This document shows positions 17,000 to 28,960 of a DNA stretch of 64,000 nt, piece by piece (position 1 is the first letter of the stretch; the number at the start of each line of letters is the position of its first letter). The stretch is from Eledone cirrhosa (lineage: Eukaryota). A program made the position numbers and the translations under genes. The notes below the pieces were generated by a model. It worked only from the letters and a program-made list of their open reading frames with translations, was not told the DNA's origin and did no database searches. The stretch spans positions 32,736,001-32,800,000 of the forward strand of contig OZ024744.1 of the NCBI GenBank assembly GCA_964016885.1. Direction: 5' to 3'.

Positions 17000-17670
17000 A
17001 TCTTCTCTGCCTTCTTAATGCTCTCTGCCATCTTAATCTCATTCATTCTCAGCCCCACACTCATCGAAGCAGTCTCAAACTCCTCTTCCCCCTTCACTGT
17101 GTTTATCACCAGAACTATGTAGTCAGCAAATTCAGTATCCGATATCTTCTTCGCCTTAACTCTCTTGCTCTGAGCCAGTGTTACAGTAAATCCAGAATCC
17201 TGGTGTTTCTCGAGTGCAAGGCACATCCATCGCGATGATGAAAAGGTAGGTAGCCAATGTAACAGTGGAGTCTGTGCTGCTGTACGGATCTGAGACTTGG
17301 ACATTGACCAAGAAACTCACTCAGATGGTAGATGGCTGCTACACGGGAATGCTGAGGATGGCTCTGAACATTAATCAGTATACACTGAGGATGAAGAATT
17401 CAGAGCTGTTCGGGAGCCTCCCAAAAGTCAGCTCGAAAGTAAAACAGAGGAAACTGAGGTTAGCTAGACATGCTCGCCGACAACCAGAGTTGACATTGCA
17501 CTCAGTGCTCCTGTGGAAGCCCCTGCACGGACACACTGGAAGAGGGAGACCGAGGTTAACATATGTTGATGCCCTAAGGTCAGATACAGGTCTCTTGTAG
17601 ACGTAGGACATGGCAGCGACGATGAGGGACAGCCCGCTGGAGAGGACGCGTCCATGGGTCTCTGGAATTT
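17000..17670 (+). mobile_element. RTE-clade LINE remnant with inverted RT segment
   Basis: Plus 17265-17600: VESVLLYGSETWTLTK...RKLRLARH...GRPRLTYVD. Minus ~17000-17215: ISDTEFADYIVL...VGLRMN (decayed ADD motif). Confidence 0.8.
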
Positions 17671-17790
17671 TACACGCCCTATATATTTTGCAAGAGATGT
17701 CAACATGAATGGACCTGTTATTTTTATCTAAAGACATTTTTTCCAATTCCATCCCGCCCGTCCCCTCAATCTATCTTATTTCTCATTCTT

Positions 17791-17825
17791 TCTTCTGATG
17801 AAGGACTAGCGTCCGAAACGTTATG
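17791..17825 (+). ncRNA. Minimal type I hammerhead ribozyme motif
   Basis: TCTT-CTGATGA-A-GGAC-TAGC-GTCC-GAAACGTTA, with palindromic AACGTT stem III. Confidence 0.75.
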
Positions 17826-17911
17826 ACCCTCTTCCTGCTATATCAAGCGTTAACCTAATATATCCCTTCCATATACTGTACCTATTGTGTTGTTATTTAT
17901 GTCTACCTTTT

Positions 17912-17940
<29 letters not shown>

Positions 17941-17942
<2 letters not shown>

Positions 17943-18140
17943 ACGAAGGAAGTGTGGTAAGGAACCAGATGGACCATAACACACCAGAGTACTCAATACT
18001 TAGGGTAGTAGAGTGGGTAATAAGAAAATGTTCAAGACCCCGACGGCAGAGCTCAAGCCGTTTCGACGGCTATTTCTGGACTCCAGAAATAGAGTCCAGA
18101 AATAGCCGTTGAAACGGCTTGAACTCTGCCGTCGGGAGTC
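17941..18140. repeat. Dispersed short repeat with local inversion (family also at 22889-23151, 16948-16985, 22772-22806)
   Basis: TAACGAAGGAAGTGTGGTAAGGAACCAGATGG...GACCCCGACGGCAGAGCTCAAGCCGTTTCGAC, followed by a reverse-complement part. Confidence 0.8.
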
Positions 18141-19387
18141 GAAACTCTATTAATAATTGCTAATTATGGTAATTTAATTTTAATAAAAAGTTGCCTGCAT
18201 AAATCTGCATTTCAAGCATCATATAAAATTAGGAAAAAACATTGACTGAGTGAGAAAAGATATTGACTCTTATTAATAGTTCTTATAATGTTACTATTAT
18301 TGATATTATTGTTATTGTGTATAATGTTTCTATCTCACCTTAGGAAATGCATACCTGTTCTTTTAAAGAGTATGATAATCTCTTGATTGTTTAAATATCT
18401 TTAGTTTCGATTTAGAATCCTCTTTTTAAATCCTGTATTTTATAAATTTGAGATCTGTAATATCTTCAGACTTTTAAACCGTTTAATTAATTTAAACGTT
18501 TGAATACGGCGTACGGAGATATTGTTTACATTTATCGTATATAAGTTTCGTTTTATCTAAATTGATTAATAATCTGTATTTAACTTGATTTATAGTATTG
18601 AATACAGTAAAATTTGGTTGAATCGAAATAATATAACTAATAATTAATCCTATATATAATTGACAAATATCGATTTAAAGAGTATTGTTTATATAAAATG
18701 CTTATACAGATGCTAATATCTAAGTAAGTTAAGTTTAATAATATCATATTTACTATATCTGTAAGCACCATTGTTAGTTAATAATATTTCTAATTTTGAA
18801 TTTTATGACTAAATTATTGAATGTATTTACTAATTTAAATATGCTCCAGATTATCTTTGAAAATATGTCATATTATCTTATATCACTTTATACTGTTTTA
18901 ATCTTGATATAATATAATAGTATAATTTCTTTCAAATATTATAGAGTAAAAATTTCACGGTATTTAATTGATCGTTTCTACATAACTTAATATTTGAAAA
19001 AGAAAAACAGTCACGCATCATATACCTCTATTCTCCTTATGTAATTTTTTTTTTCTTCGTTTTTATCTTCATCTCACTATCTTTTCCTTTTCTCCTCTAT
19101 TTAACTCTCTCTCTCTCTCATTTGTATTTTTCTCTAATACGGATATTGACACATTTAATTATTTAAATATTTTACAGTTATGTACTGACGTGTTTATGTA
19201 TTTTACTAATCTGTATATGTAGTTATTTTATTTTTTCTACACATTTTCCTACGTACCCTCTCAATTATATGTAGTTTGTCATGTTTCTACTTATGATATA
19301 TACATATTGAGTTTTGTCTTAACTAATCACTGCCAAGACTGGAATTGGACTATCAGCTGAGTTGAGGTATGTCAGACATCAATTTAT

Positions 19388-19447
19388 TTAATCTGATGAG
19401 GACGTACTGATGAAACAGCACAGTACCTCTGAAATATATATAATAAA
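19388..19447 (+). ncRNA. Hammerhead ribozyme motif at the end of an AT-rich PLE-like remnant
   Basis: CTGATGA-GGACGTACTG...CAGTACCTC-T-GAAA-TATATATA overlapping AATAAA. Stem I is weak. Confidence 0.65.
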
Positions 19448-19591
19448 ATATATTTGATCACATGAATGTCTATATTTATTAATATTTTGAATTAATATTA
19501 ATAACTCCAGAAAACTTCTTTGTTGAGTGCTTCTAAACTATTGTAAAAACTATATTCATTGATTAATCAATGAACCCTGTTTAACTTTTGG

Positions 19592-19672
<81 letters not shown>

Positions 19673-19673
19673 C

Positions 19674-20212
19674 ATGATGATGGCTGCCCCCTTGTTAACG
19701 AGTATCGCCATTGCACGATATACCATCATTAATAATTATTAATTCATTCTATCGTGCAATGCCTGTGCGTGAAGATATTTTTTAAAGTGTGGAAAGACTG
19801 TGCACTGAGCCAATCCCACTCTCTGAGAGACAGTAGCTATAACCCGGAAAGAAGAAAAGATCAACATTATCGGTAACTACTGAGCTGCAGGTTTTATATC
19901 GGAGTTAACCCAGTCTCCTGAGTTGCCTTCTCCTAGAAGAATGCACTGACAAAGGCTAGGGGTCCTTCACTCCCAGTGGTTTAACAGCGCGGTACATGTG
20001 TATATACATATTTACACAATTTCGGATGGCCGTTGACTATTATGAGTTCTTCCGCCCTTTGTCAGGTTTTGTTTTTTGTGTTGCAGAGTGTTGAAAATCA
20101 CGCGCCTCACCAAGGAAACTTGGTGGGGGTGCCGGTTTAGTTGCCGACGACCCGACCTTGCGACAGGTTGTACTGGGTTACATGTTACCAGTAGCACTCA
20201 AGAGTGACGCGA
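19674..20212 (-). mobile_element. RTE-derived bipartite non-autonomous element
   Basis: Reverse-complement homolog of 39600-40230. Confidence 0.75.
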
Positions 20213-20216
20213 CATA

Positions 20217-20292
<76 letters not shown>

Positions 20293-20404
20293 TTTTAATC
20301 TTTTATTTCAGTTATTAGACTACGGTCACGATGGGGCACCGCTTTGATTTAGTCGATTGTATAGACCCTAATACTTACTCTTTAAGGCTTGGTACTCATT
20401 TTAT

Positions 20405-20570
20405 GAGGGGAAGCGAATTGTCAAAGTCGTTAGAACGTCAGATAAAATACTTTGCCGTATTCGTGCTGGCTCTCTGCTCCCTGAATTTAAATCACACCGA
20501 AGTCAACTTTCTCTTTCATCCTTTCGAGATCGATAAAAAAAAAGTACCAGTCTAATACTGGGGTCGATTC
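20405..20570 (+). mobile_element. Diverged tRNA-derived SINE
   Basis: CTTTCATCCTTTCGAGATCGATAAAA..GTACCAG core shared with the 46.5-kb SINE. Confidence 0.6.
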
Positions 20571-21214
20571 TTCCTCTATATCTCTTTCTTACTTCCTCTC
20601 TCTCTCTATTCTTCTCTGGAAGAAATTTACTCTATTCAGACTTGGAAAGGGATGAGCTCCGCCTGACCGCAAATGTCCTAGAAACGCCGCATGCAACTAC
20701 GGCTCCCCTATGAATTCAACGAGAGTTACGGGACTTTATATATATAGAAACTTCTTTTATCGATTTCTTTCTTTAGTCGAAACGCTAGGTTATGAGATAT
20801 AAACATACACTTATACACAAACCTGAATACAGACATATATATATGTACATATACATACAAGCAGTGTCTACGTATCTACTTATACATATAAAAAAACACA
20901 TATGCACATACGCACGCACGACGGGGCTTTGCAGTTTCCAGCTATAAAATTCCACTTACAAGCCATTGGTCAACCATGGGCTGTAATAGAAGACATCTAC
21001 CCAAGCAGCGAGACTGAGCCCAGAACCATGCCCATATAACATATATGTAAGGGGTTTATGTGTGCGTGTGTGTTTACATTTACTCTTTGTTTGTGCCCTT
21101 TGCCTTATCTATGCGACACAAACAGAATTTGTTAAAATACATAAGTACTGGTGTCAATAACGTGGTGCTCTAGCATGGCCGCAGTCTTATGATTGGAATC
21201 AGTAAAAAACAAAT

Positions 21215-21400
21215 AATAATTGTTTCTACTTTTGGCACAAGGCCAGCAAATACCCCGTGCATTACTGGTACTTTATTTTATCGACCCTTAAGGATTAAAG
21301 GCAAAGTTAACCTCGGCGGGATTTGAAATCAAAGCGTAAAGGGCCATAACTAGATGCTTCAAAGCATGGGCCTGACGCTCTGCCGATACTGCCAAAACCA
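21215..21400 (-). mobile_element. tRNA-derived SINE
   Basis: Reverse-complement homolog of 46527-46715. Confidence 0.85.
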
Positions 21401-21424
21401 CTGCCATAAAAAAAAACATAATAA

Positions 21425-21620
21425 TATTGGCTCCAACCATCCTCCATCCAAATCTACAGTGTCAGAGCCACGGAACTTTGTTGAGAAAACCCTGACTATA
21501 TCTAACTGGTAGCATCTAGTCGCCTCTACTAGTTCCTGCTCCTTGTCAGTAAGGGCTGTGATGTTTCAGGTTCCATTTGTCAAGGTTTTCTCCCTTGCGA
21601 ACCCTCTTTGGGATATGCAA
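21425..21620 (-). pseudogene. RTE-clade APE endonuclease N-terminal remnant
   Basis: Minus translation ..NITALTDKEQELVEATRCYQLDIVRVFSTKFRGSDTVDLDGGW resembles the RTE/Rex3-type APE start. Confidence 0.6.
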
Positions 21621-22719
21621 CCTTTGTGCGCCCATCCCACGCCTCCCAGGACAGGTCGCAGGCCCAGTTTTTGCAGCATGAAATGGCGACTGCAATATAT
21701 TTTTCGAACAGGCTCCTCTGCCTAAGGCTTGAACGTGTCCCTTGTTAACTCGCGTGAAGGACGATGTAATATGTTTTTTCTTTCTTTTCCTCATCATATT
21801 GCAGTTTCAGTGGTCTTATTCGCACCAGTCACCAATCTGGTACTTTGTCAAACCCACGAAGATTAGGCTTATTTAGAGGCGGCTTTTACTTGCCTCGTTG
21901 TAGCTATGTGTGAGAATATTTTGGGGAGCTACAGGTGTCACCCATTGCTCCATCTCCCCTTATTAGTTCACCACTGTTGGTCCGGGGTTGCTTATTCGTC
22001 TGGTAGTTACTTATATCGCAACTAGACATCATGTCTGGTGGCCTTATCGCCCTCCACTACCAGCGACCCATTCTCTAGCAGAACAGCTCTACCAATAAAA
22101 ACAGAAGAAGAAGACGAGATGGTGAGGTATAGATCTTCTTTGATCACCATAGGTCTACTTGACACGATGCCAGCAGTTTAAGAGGCGACAATGGCATCAA
22201 CAATAACAACAACGATCACAACAACAACAACTACAACTACAACTACAACTACTACAGCCGCTACAACAACATTTACATCTCCCCTATCAACAACAACTAC
22301 AACAACAAGAACAAACGAGTGACTCCATTTGAACAAATGAACTTCGAAACGCAAATGGGTAATGAAACTAAGATTAGTCTTTGTTGTTGTTGTTGCTGAA
22401 AAGGATGGGCAGCTATTGAGACAATTTGTGGGGATGAACCTATTTTAGTGTCCCAAATCTCCCCACCCCAACACTGTCTCTGATGCTGTTAGCCATGAGG
22501 TCCGACGGCGACACGTACCTTAGGCGTCATTCAGCTTTCATATCAATAGCTATCTTTAAAATAAAAGGCACTGTAAAACCACAAATACAAACATTCATAC
22601 GCATATATGGACACACATTTATACACACATTTATACATGTACACACACGTAAACAATATAAATATACACATGTGCAGGCTTTCTTAATGAATATATATAC
22701 GTGTGGTAGTGTATGTGCA

Positions 22720-22766
<47 letters not shown>

Positions 22767-22854
22767 AGAGTCAGGACCCCGACGGCTGAGCTCCGGCCGT
22801 TTCGACAACTAGATCCGAAATTGTATGCATAATATATACACACTCACACACACG

Positions 22855-22887
<33 letters not shown>

Positions 22888-22888
22888 T

Positions 22889-23151
22889 TAACGAAGGAAA
22901 TGTGGTAGGGAACCAGATGGACCATAACGCACCAGAGTACTCAATACTTAGGGTAGTAGAGTGTGAAATAGGAAAATGTTCAAGACCCCGACGGCAGAGC
23001 TCAAGCCGTTTCGACGGCTATTTCTGGACTAAAGTAAGAGTTTTTTAGTCTCGGGGTCATACTTTCTCCTATTACCCACTCTACTACCCTAAGTATTGAG
23101 TACTCTGGTGCGTTATGGTCCATCCGGTTCCTTACCACAACTCCTTCCTTA
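22889..23151. repeat. Fold-back, ~100-bp arms, same family as 17941
   Basis: 22889-22992 is approximately the reverse complement of 23050-23151. Confidence 0.85.
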
Positions 23152-23764
23152 TCTATATATATAAAGTTGTAGCTCCTGTCTGTTTGTTTCTTTGTTCACG
23201 AACTCCTCCTATGGTTTTGGAGATAGACCCCCATAACCATATATATTCTGAAACTACATTGCCCAGGATACTTGGATAAGTATATTTCATTTTAAGCTAA
23301 GGGTTCCCTGAGGGCTTAAATCCCCGCTGAAATTTTTTTCCCTTCGATTGATATGAAATTTAAATCATAGGTAAATGACAAGATATGATGACTATTCAGA
23401 AAATGTCAGCAAATTACAATAATATTAACACACCCTAATGGGGGTTAAACCCCCTATAGTGCAAATTTTGGAAGTCCAAATAAAATAATGTTTTACACAA
23501 AAACGAAATGATCAAGTTTTGAATTGATATTTTGAAAAAATTATTTACAAGAAACAAAATAAGAATAAGATTTAATAATGTAATTTTGATTTGATATATT
23601 ACAAAAAATAATATTTTCCAATTTTTCATGCATTACATTTTACATTGAGTAATATTGAAATGCAGAGTTTTTCTCCATAAAGTATATCACTGATTTAAAA
23701 TTAATCATCATTTTCTTACAAAATAAATGTGTGAACCGCAGCAAGGCGTGAGTAATTCGGCTAG
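23152..23764 (+). mobile_element. Non-autonomous Helitron
   Basis: A|TCTATATATATAAA...GTCTGTTTGTTT 5' end; imperfect GC-rich subterminal hairpin then CTAG|T 3' end; inserted in AT. Confidence 0.7.
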
Positions 23765-24136
23765 TACATATATATAATATAAGTGAGTGTTGCACCAAGA
23801 AAAATATCATAATGTACACATTCGCGTACACACTCATTGCCTGTGTGAGTGATTGTGCATCAGTGTATATGATTATGATATGTATGTACACATATAGACA
23901 CACATATACATATTTTAGTCATTTAGAAAGTCTACACTTGTGGTCATTATAAGTCTAACACGGATTTTCTTTTCAATTCTGGTACTTATTTTATCGATTT
24001 CTGTTTTGCCAAACCGCTAAGTTACGATCGATAAACATAACGTAAACGGAAATACAGACACCACTCAAATCTTCCAACTATCTATCTATCTATGTATCTA
24101 TCTATATACCTATCTCTATATCTATCTATCTATCTA

Positions 24137-26660
24137 TATAAACAAAAGTGAGACACCGCAAAAACACAAAAGCACCATCACCAACACAAACACACAAACA
24201 CCACAACAAACGGCAACTACATCAACAACACAGACATTACCACAAATGACAACCACACCAACAACATAGACACCACAACAACTACCCCCCCCCCCCCCAC
24301 TACCAGCAAAACAAACACCAACACCACCACAACCACAAATGTCCACCATCAAAAGAAAATTAGACAACAAACAAGAAACAGAAACCTCACAACAAAATAT
24401 CAAACCACACTACACATACATTAACACCATAACTAAAGACCTAATGGAGGCCATCATGAAAGACCCCACTATTCAGACAGAAGGAAAAACCTTCACAAGC
24501 CCAAGTACAACACCACACATGAAACTAATAAGACTTCAGACAGAAACTTACAGTTTTCTTAAAGAAAACTTTCCCCACGATGTTGGACCTCCGTGCCCAA
24601 AACCCCTCAACTGTGTGCTACTGAATAGTTTCCCCATCTCACCAAACACCCCAACCACCACCAACATGGAGATCGAACAACTCGGCTTCCTGGAAACCAA
24701 AGGTCAAGTGTTCCGGCCATAACTCTTCTTCACCAGCATGGCGACTATACAAGTTGAATGTTTGAATGTGCGTCGCCTATGGATATCCTGGAGACAGGGC
24801 CAAATTTTAAATTACCTCCGGTCACACCGTATCGATGTGATAGCCGTCACCGATTCCAGGATTCACGACAAGCAGCAGTTAATCCCCATGTTCGATGACT
24901 TTGAGATCTACACATCTCTCTGTCGGCCAGCAGGTGGAGGGGGAGTTGCTGTTCTGTTTCGAAAAACCTGGATCTCAAAGAACAGAGGATTCACTTAGAC
25001 CCGGAGGGCAGCATGGTGGTCCTAGACGTGAATAGTGGTGAAAGTGGAGCTTTCATACTGGTGGCCGTATATGCCCCAACTGGGACATCGTGACCAGAGT
25101 TCTTTAAGCGTCTGTAGTCATTCCTGGGAACGTCTCGCTCTTTACTGTTAGAAAGGGATTGGAATGGCATCTTAAACGCACGTTGAGACTATGTAGGTGC
25201 ATGTGATAATAGAGGTGGGTTTAGTAGCCTAAAAAATCTCATCAGCCAATTCCAACTGGCTGAGAGATATCGACTAGATTTCCCAAGTGCACAACTGTGG
25301 ACGTGGAGCAACCGCACTGGGTCTTCTAGATCGTATTTAGATAGACTTCTAATAAGAAAAAATGATAGGGAAACATTAAGCTGTCCACAAATGCACATGG
25401 TTCCCTATGCAGACCACAAATTAGTGACATGCATAGTCAACCTTGATAGAACACATAGAGAGGGACACAGATACTGGAAGTCCCCGTCGTGCAAGGCCTA
25501 CAGTAAACGGATTAGCATTTTTATCTAAACGCCAGTTGACGGAGGCCATCGTCAACAACAGGTGGTGGTGCTCTCTCAAGAGAGCAATTAGAATACAATC
25601 AATAGCCTTTAGCAAGGAATTAGCTTTAGAAAAGAACAAATCTGAAAAGGAACTAGTAGTCAAAGTAGAAGAGGCACTTAGGAAAAAAAGTACAGCTCAC
25701 GTGCTAGCGGCGAGAACGACACGAGACCACTTCTTCAACGTGAAATACGAAGGTTGTATTGTCAAAAGTAGAACGCATGCTCTGAGAAACGTGGGAGCTA
25801 AAGCTGTTAACTGGGGGCCCGAGTGGCTGAGCAAAAAATAGCAACAAATCCACAATTCGGTCTTTAAAAAAACCAAGACGAACTCATATTATTTGAATCC
25901 AAGCGGATGTGCAAGGCATTCCAGCAGCACTTTGCACAACTGTTCGGGCAGAGAGGAGCATCGAGCGTGATGATGGACTTCAGTTCCTACTTCGATGGCC
26001 TACCTTGACTCTCGAACAGGGATGCGGAGAGCTGTGAAAGCCGATCACAGCGAAATAGGAGTCTGTCGGTTTGCATCTGGGTACATGGAGAGACAAACAC
26101 ATGCTGTCCGACGGCGTCGTTGGACGCTGGTCGGAAGAACCAGTGAAATTGCTCGGTGTCTGGTTTGGTCAAGACCTCCAGGAGGTCAACAACTGGAATA
26201 AGTACATGGCAAAGGTGATTGACTCAGAAAGGTCGAACGGAGGTGGCGAACACTTACATAGCATCCGTCATCTATTACCGCTTGACAGTCGTGTCTTGTC
26301 CCCGAGATTACTTCACCAAGATGGAACCTCTTCTCTTCAAGTTCCTTTGGAAGATACAGGCTCGGTTAGTGAGGTGATCTATCTGCTGCCAACACCCTTC
26401 TAACGGAGCCTGGGCATGCCGTGGCTGATGATGCGCAAACATGCGCTGAGGCTACGCCACCTCCAGGTCTTCCTGACCGGTGAACCGGTGTAGTTGTTGT
26501 TTGTGGGATGAGCTTTTCCACAACTCCTCTCACTATCAGAGCTGCAGTCCTGGGTCAAGCGAAAACCGAAAATGGGCGCCTGGCTCCTTGAGTGCCTACA
26601 GGCGCTTACTGCCCTCTACCAAGCGGAAACTGCAATCAGCGGAGAGTCCACGTCAACATT
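24137..26660 (+). mobile_element. Degenerate Tx1/L1-clade LINE (ORF1 tail, APE, internally deleted RT), preceded by (ATCT)n at 24078-24136
   Basis: MATIQVECLNVRRL...IDVIAVTDSR (APE); PVKLLGVWFGQDL. Collinear with 32.5-36.1 kb, with many stops. Confidence 0.85.
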
Positions 26661-27494
26661 TGAAAGGGGATTACAACCACGCAGTAACGTTTCCCCCTAT
26701 TGGGGATTTCGATCGTTATTTTATTTTATATATAGTTTATTGATATCTATATATGTTATTTACATGTGTAAATAAACAAATAAATAAACGAATATAAACA
26801 CACACAGACACCCGGATGTGGCGCATGCGCAGACTGAGCACACAACACATACACAGAAACAAAATGGCGTAGGACAGAACAAAGGAGAGGCACAAAAACA
26901 AAGAAAAGAATCCCCAGTCACTGAAGAGGTCACAGAATGTGTGACGAAAGAACTTTGACAATATATAAGCAACCATCTGGTTGTGGAACCAACCAACCAA
27001 CCGGAAATTTATAAATTCCTAAATTTATAAATTTATTATAATAAATTGAAGTGAAAGCAACTGGTGCGTGTGTTTCTTATTGGCAACATGACCCTCCCAA
27101 AGTATAACAATATCGGTTTCAACACACGGTTTCAGATAAAGAATCTTGCTAAACAAATTCAGAAACGAAATATATATGTTATTGTTATCTATATATCCAA
27201 AACAGAGAATGTCTGTCCGCCCGTCTGTCTGTTTGTCTGTCTGACTCCCTAAAACTCGAGAACCACCCAACCGATTGTTTTCAATCTTTACACATGCAAT
27301 ACTTACGTTCCTGTGAGCGTTTTGAGCAAAGAAAATTTCAAATGTTCAATGCCCTAGGGACCGCATTAGGCGATTTAGCAATCTCTCTCTATAATTCTTA
27401 GTCTTTCTTTTTATATAGATACATAGATATAACGTTGCGCCCTTATAATATCTGTCTGTATGTCTGGCTGATTGAATTACGACATTATGAGGCT

Positions 27495-28237
27495 CTCTGG
27501 GGTATTATTCCCCATTGAGTGCTTAAGCTACATTCAGAATCTGCATTCGTTAGCTCAGCCGCAGCCTAAAGCTTCGTTAATGCTGTACTAAAATTTGTAT
27601 TTTAACTCCTAGAATTAACGATTAACTGATTAATTTAATTAGACAATTCTATTGATTGATTAATTGTTTATGTTTGTTTGATAACTTCTGGTTGAGTGCT
27701 TAATTCGGTTTGTCTAAGGGAATTTCATTCCTTTGTCTCAAATTTTGAATTCACCGCCAAAACGGGGGTTACCTCCCCTTGAGAAAACCATGTGTCTATA
27801 ACGAAATTTACTGCTAGAACACACCCGCTGAGGCTATAGAACGCAAGACTTGTTGACGAAGTAAATCCTTTGTTCTGTCGTCAAAGGCTATTAACTCGCA
27901 TACCCCTGAAAGCGGAATTAGTCGATCTCAGATTTACAGAAACCTAGCGGGGATGTTGTATATTATATGTGATGTATATCGTATGCTATATGATATGTGT
28001 TGCATTCGATCTCCGCTCGATGGTCCAGGTCAGTCAAAAATCTTTCACTGAGTTCAGTCTTTTTCGTTGCTATGGCAATGCGGCTGGACTGCCGGTCGCT
28101 ATATTTGATTTGCAAAGCTGTCTAAACGTATTGTTATAACTCTGGGGTATTATTCTCCATCGAGTGCTAAAGATACATTCCAAATCTGCATTCGTTAGCT
28201 TAGCCGCAGCCTAAAGCTTCGTTAATGCTGTACTAAA

Positions 28238-28241
<4 letters not shown>
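27495..28241. repeat. ~100-bp direct repeat pair (27495-27596 / 28140-28241)
   Basis: CTCTGGGGTATTATTC.CCAT.GAGTGCT.A...ACATTC..AATCTGCATTCGTTAGCT.AGCCGCAGCCTAAAGCTTCGTTAATGCTGTACTAAAATTT occurs twice. Confidence 0.85.
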
Positions 28242-28297
<56 letters not shown>

Positions 28298-28429
28298 TGT
28301 AACGTTTTTCGAAATATTTACTTCTGCGTTCACAGATTGACATTTTTAGTTTCAGAAGATCACGTTAAGGATGAAAGCACCGATTCTTTGCTTAAACTTT
28401 AATCTGTTATTTTAATAAATATATATAGG

Positions 28430-28476
<47 letters not shown>

Positions 28477-28516
28477 AAAGAAGAAATTAAAAGATGGTTT
28501 AAAAAGTTCCATATAT

Positions 28517-28580
28517 TTTATTATGCGCATTTCGAAAACAACATCATCCTGGGACAATAATTGTGTTCTCATCAGATAAA
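28517..28580 (-). ncRNA. Type I hammerhead ribozyme motif
   Basis: Minus: TTTAT-CTGATGA-GAACACAA...TTGTTTTC-GAAA-TGCGCA-TA-ATAAA. Stem I TTTAT/ATAAA, palindromic ATGCGCAT stem III. Confidence 0.8.
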
Positions 28581-28898
28581 ATAAGGTAACATGATATGAG
28601 GCCTAAAAACACTTGTGAACAAGAAAGTGTCCAGCAACATATATATATATATAATTATATATTCGTGTACAGATATTTTTGCATACACAATAACAAATTA
28701 TAAACAAATGTATTTATTTCACGAGGCTCGTTAAGGATAAATATATATCAAATATATAATAACCCTAGAGCAAATCCCGAGCAACGCCTGACCATTCAGC
28801 TAGTTAATGTTAAAATTACATGATTTTTATGTAAAAGACCCGCCGTCACGTCTTGTAATGGGCTTTTTTTTTACGCCCTTGTGTCAAATAAAGAAAGA

Positions 28899-28899
<1 letters not shown>

Positions 28900-28960
<61 letters not shown>
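28900..28960. repeat. (ATCT)n spacer between Tx1 termini
   Basis: Perfect array seen directly. Confidence 0.97.

Larger units (their letters stand above)
27188..28803 (+). mobile_element. Probable non-autonomous Helitron with nested repeats
   Basis: A|TCTATATATCC...GTCTGTCCGCCCGTCTGTCTG 5' end and CCCGAGCAACGCCTG..TCAGCTAG|T 3' end. That the two ends belong together is inferred. Confidence 0.55.
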
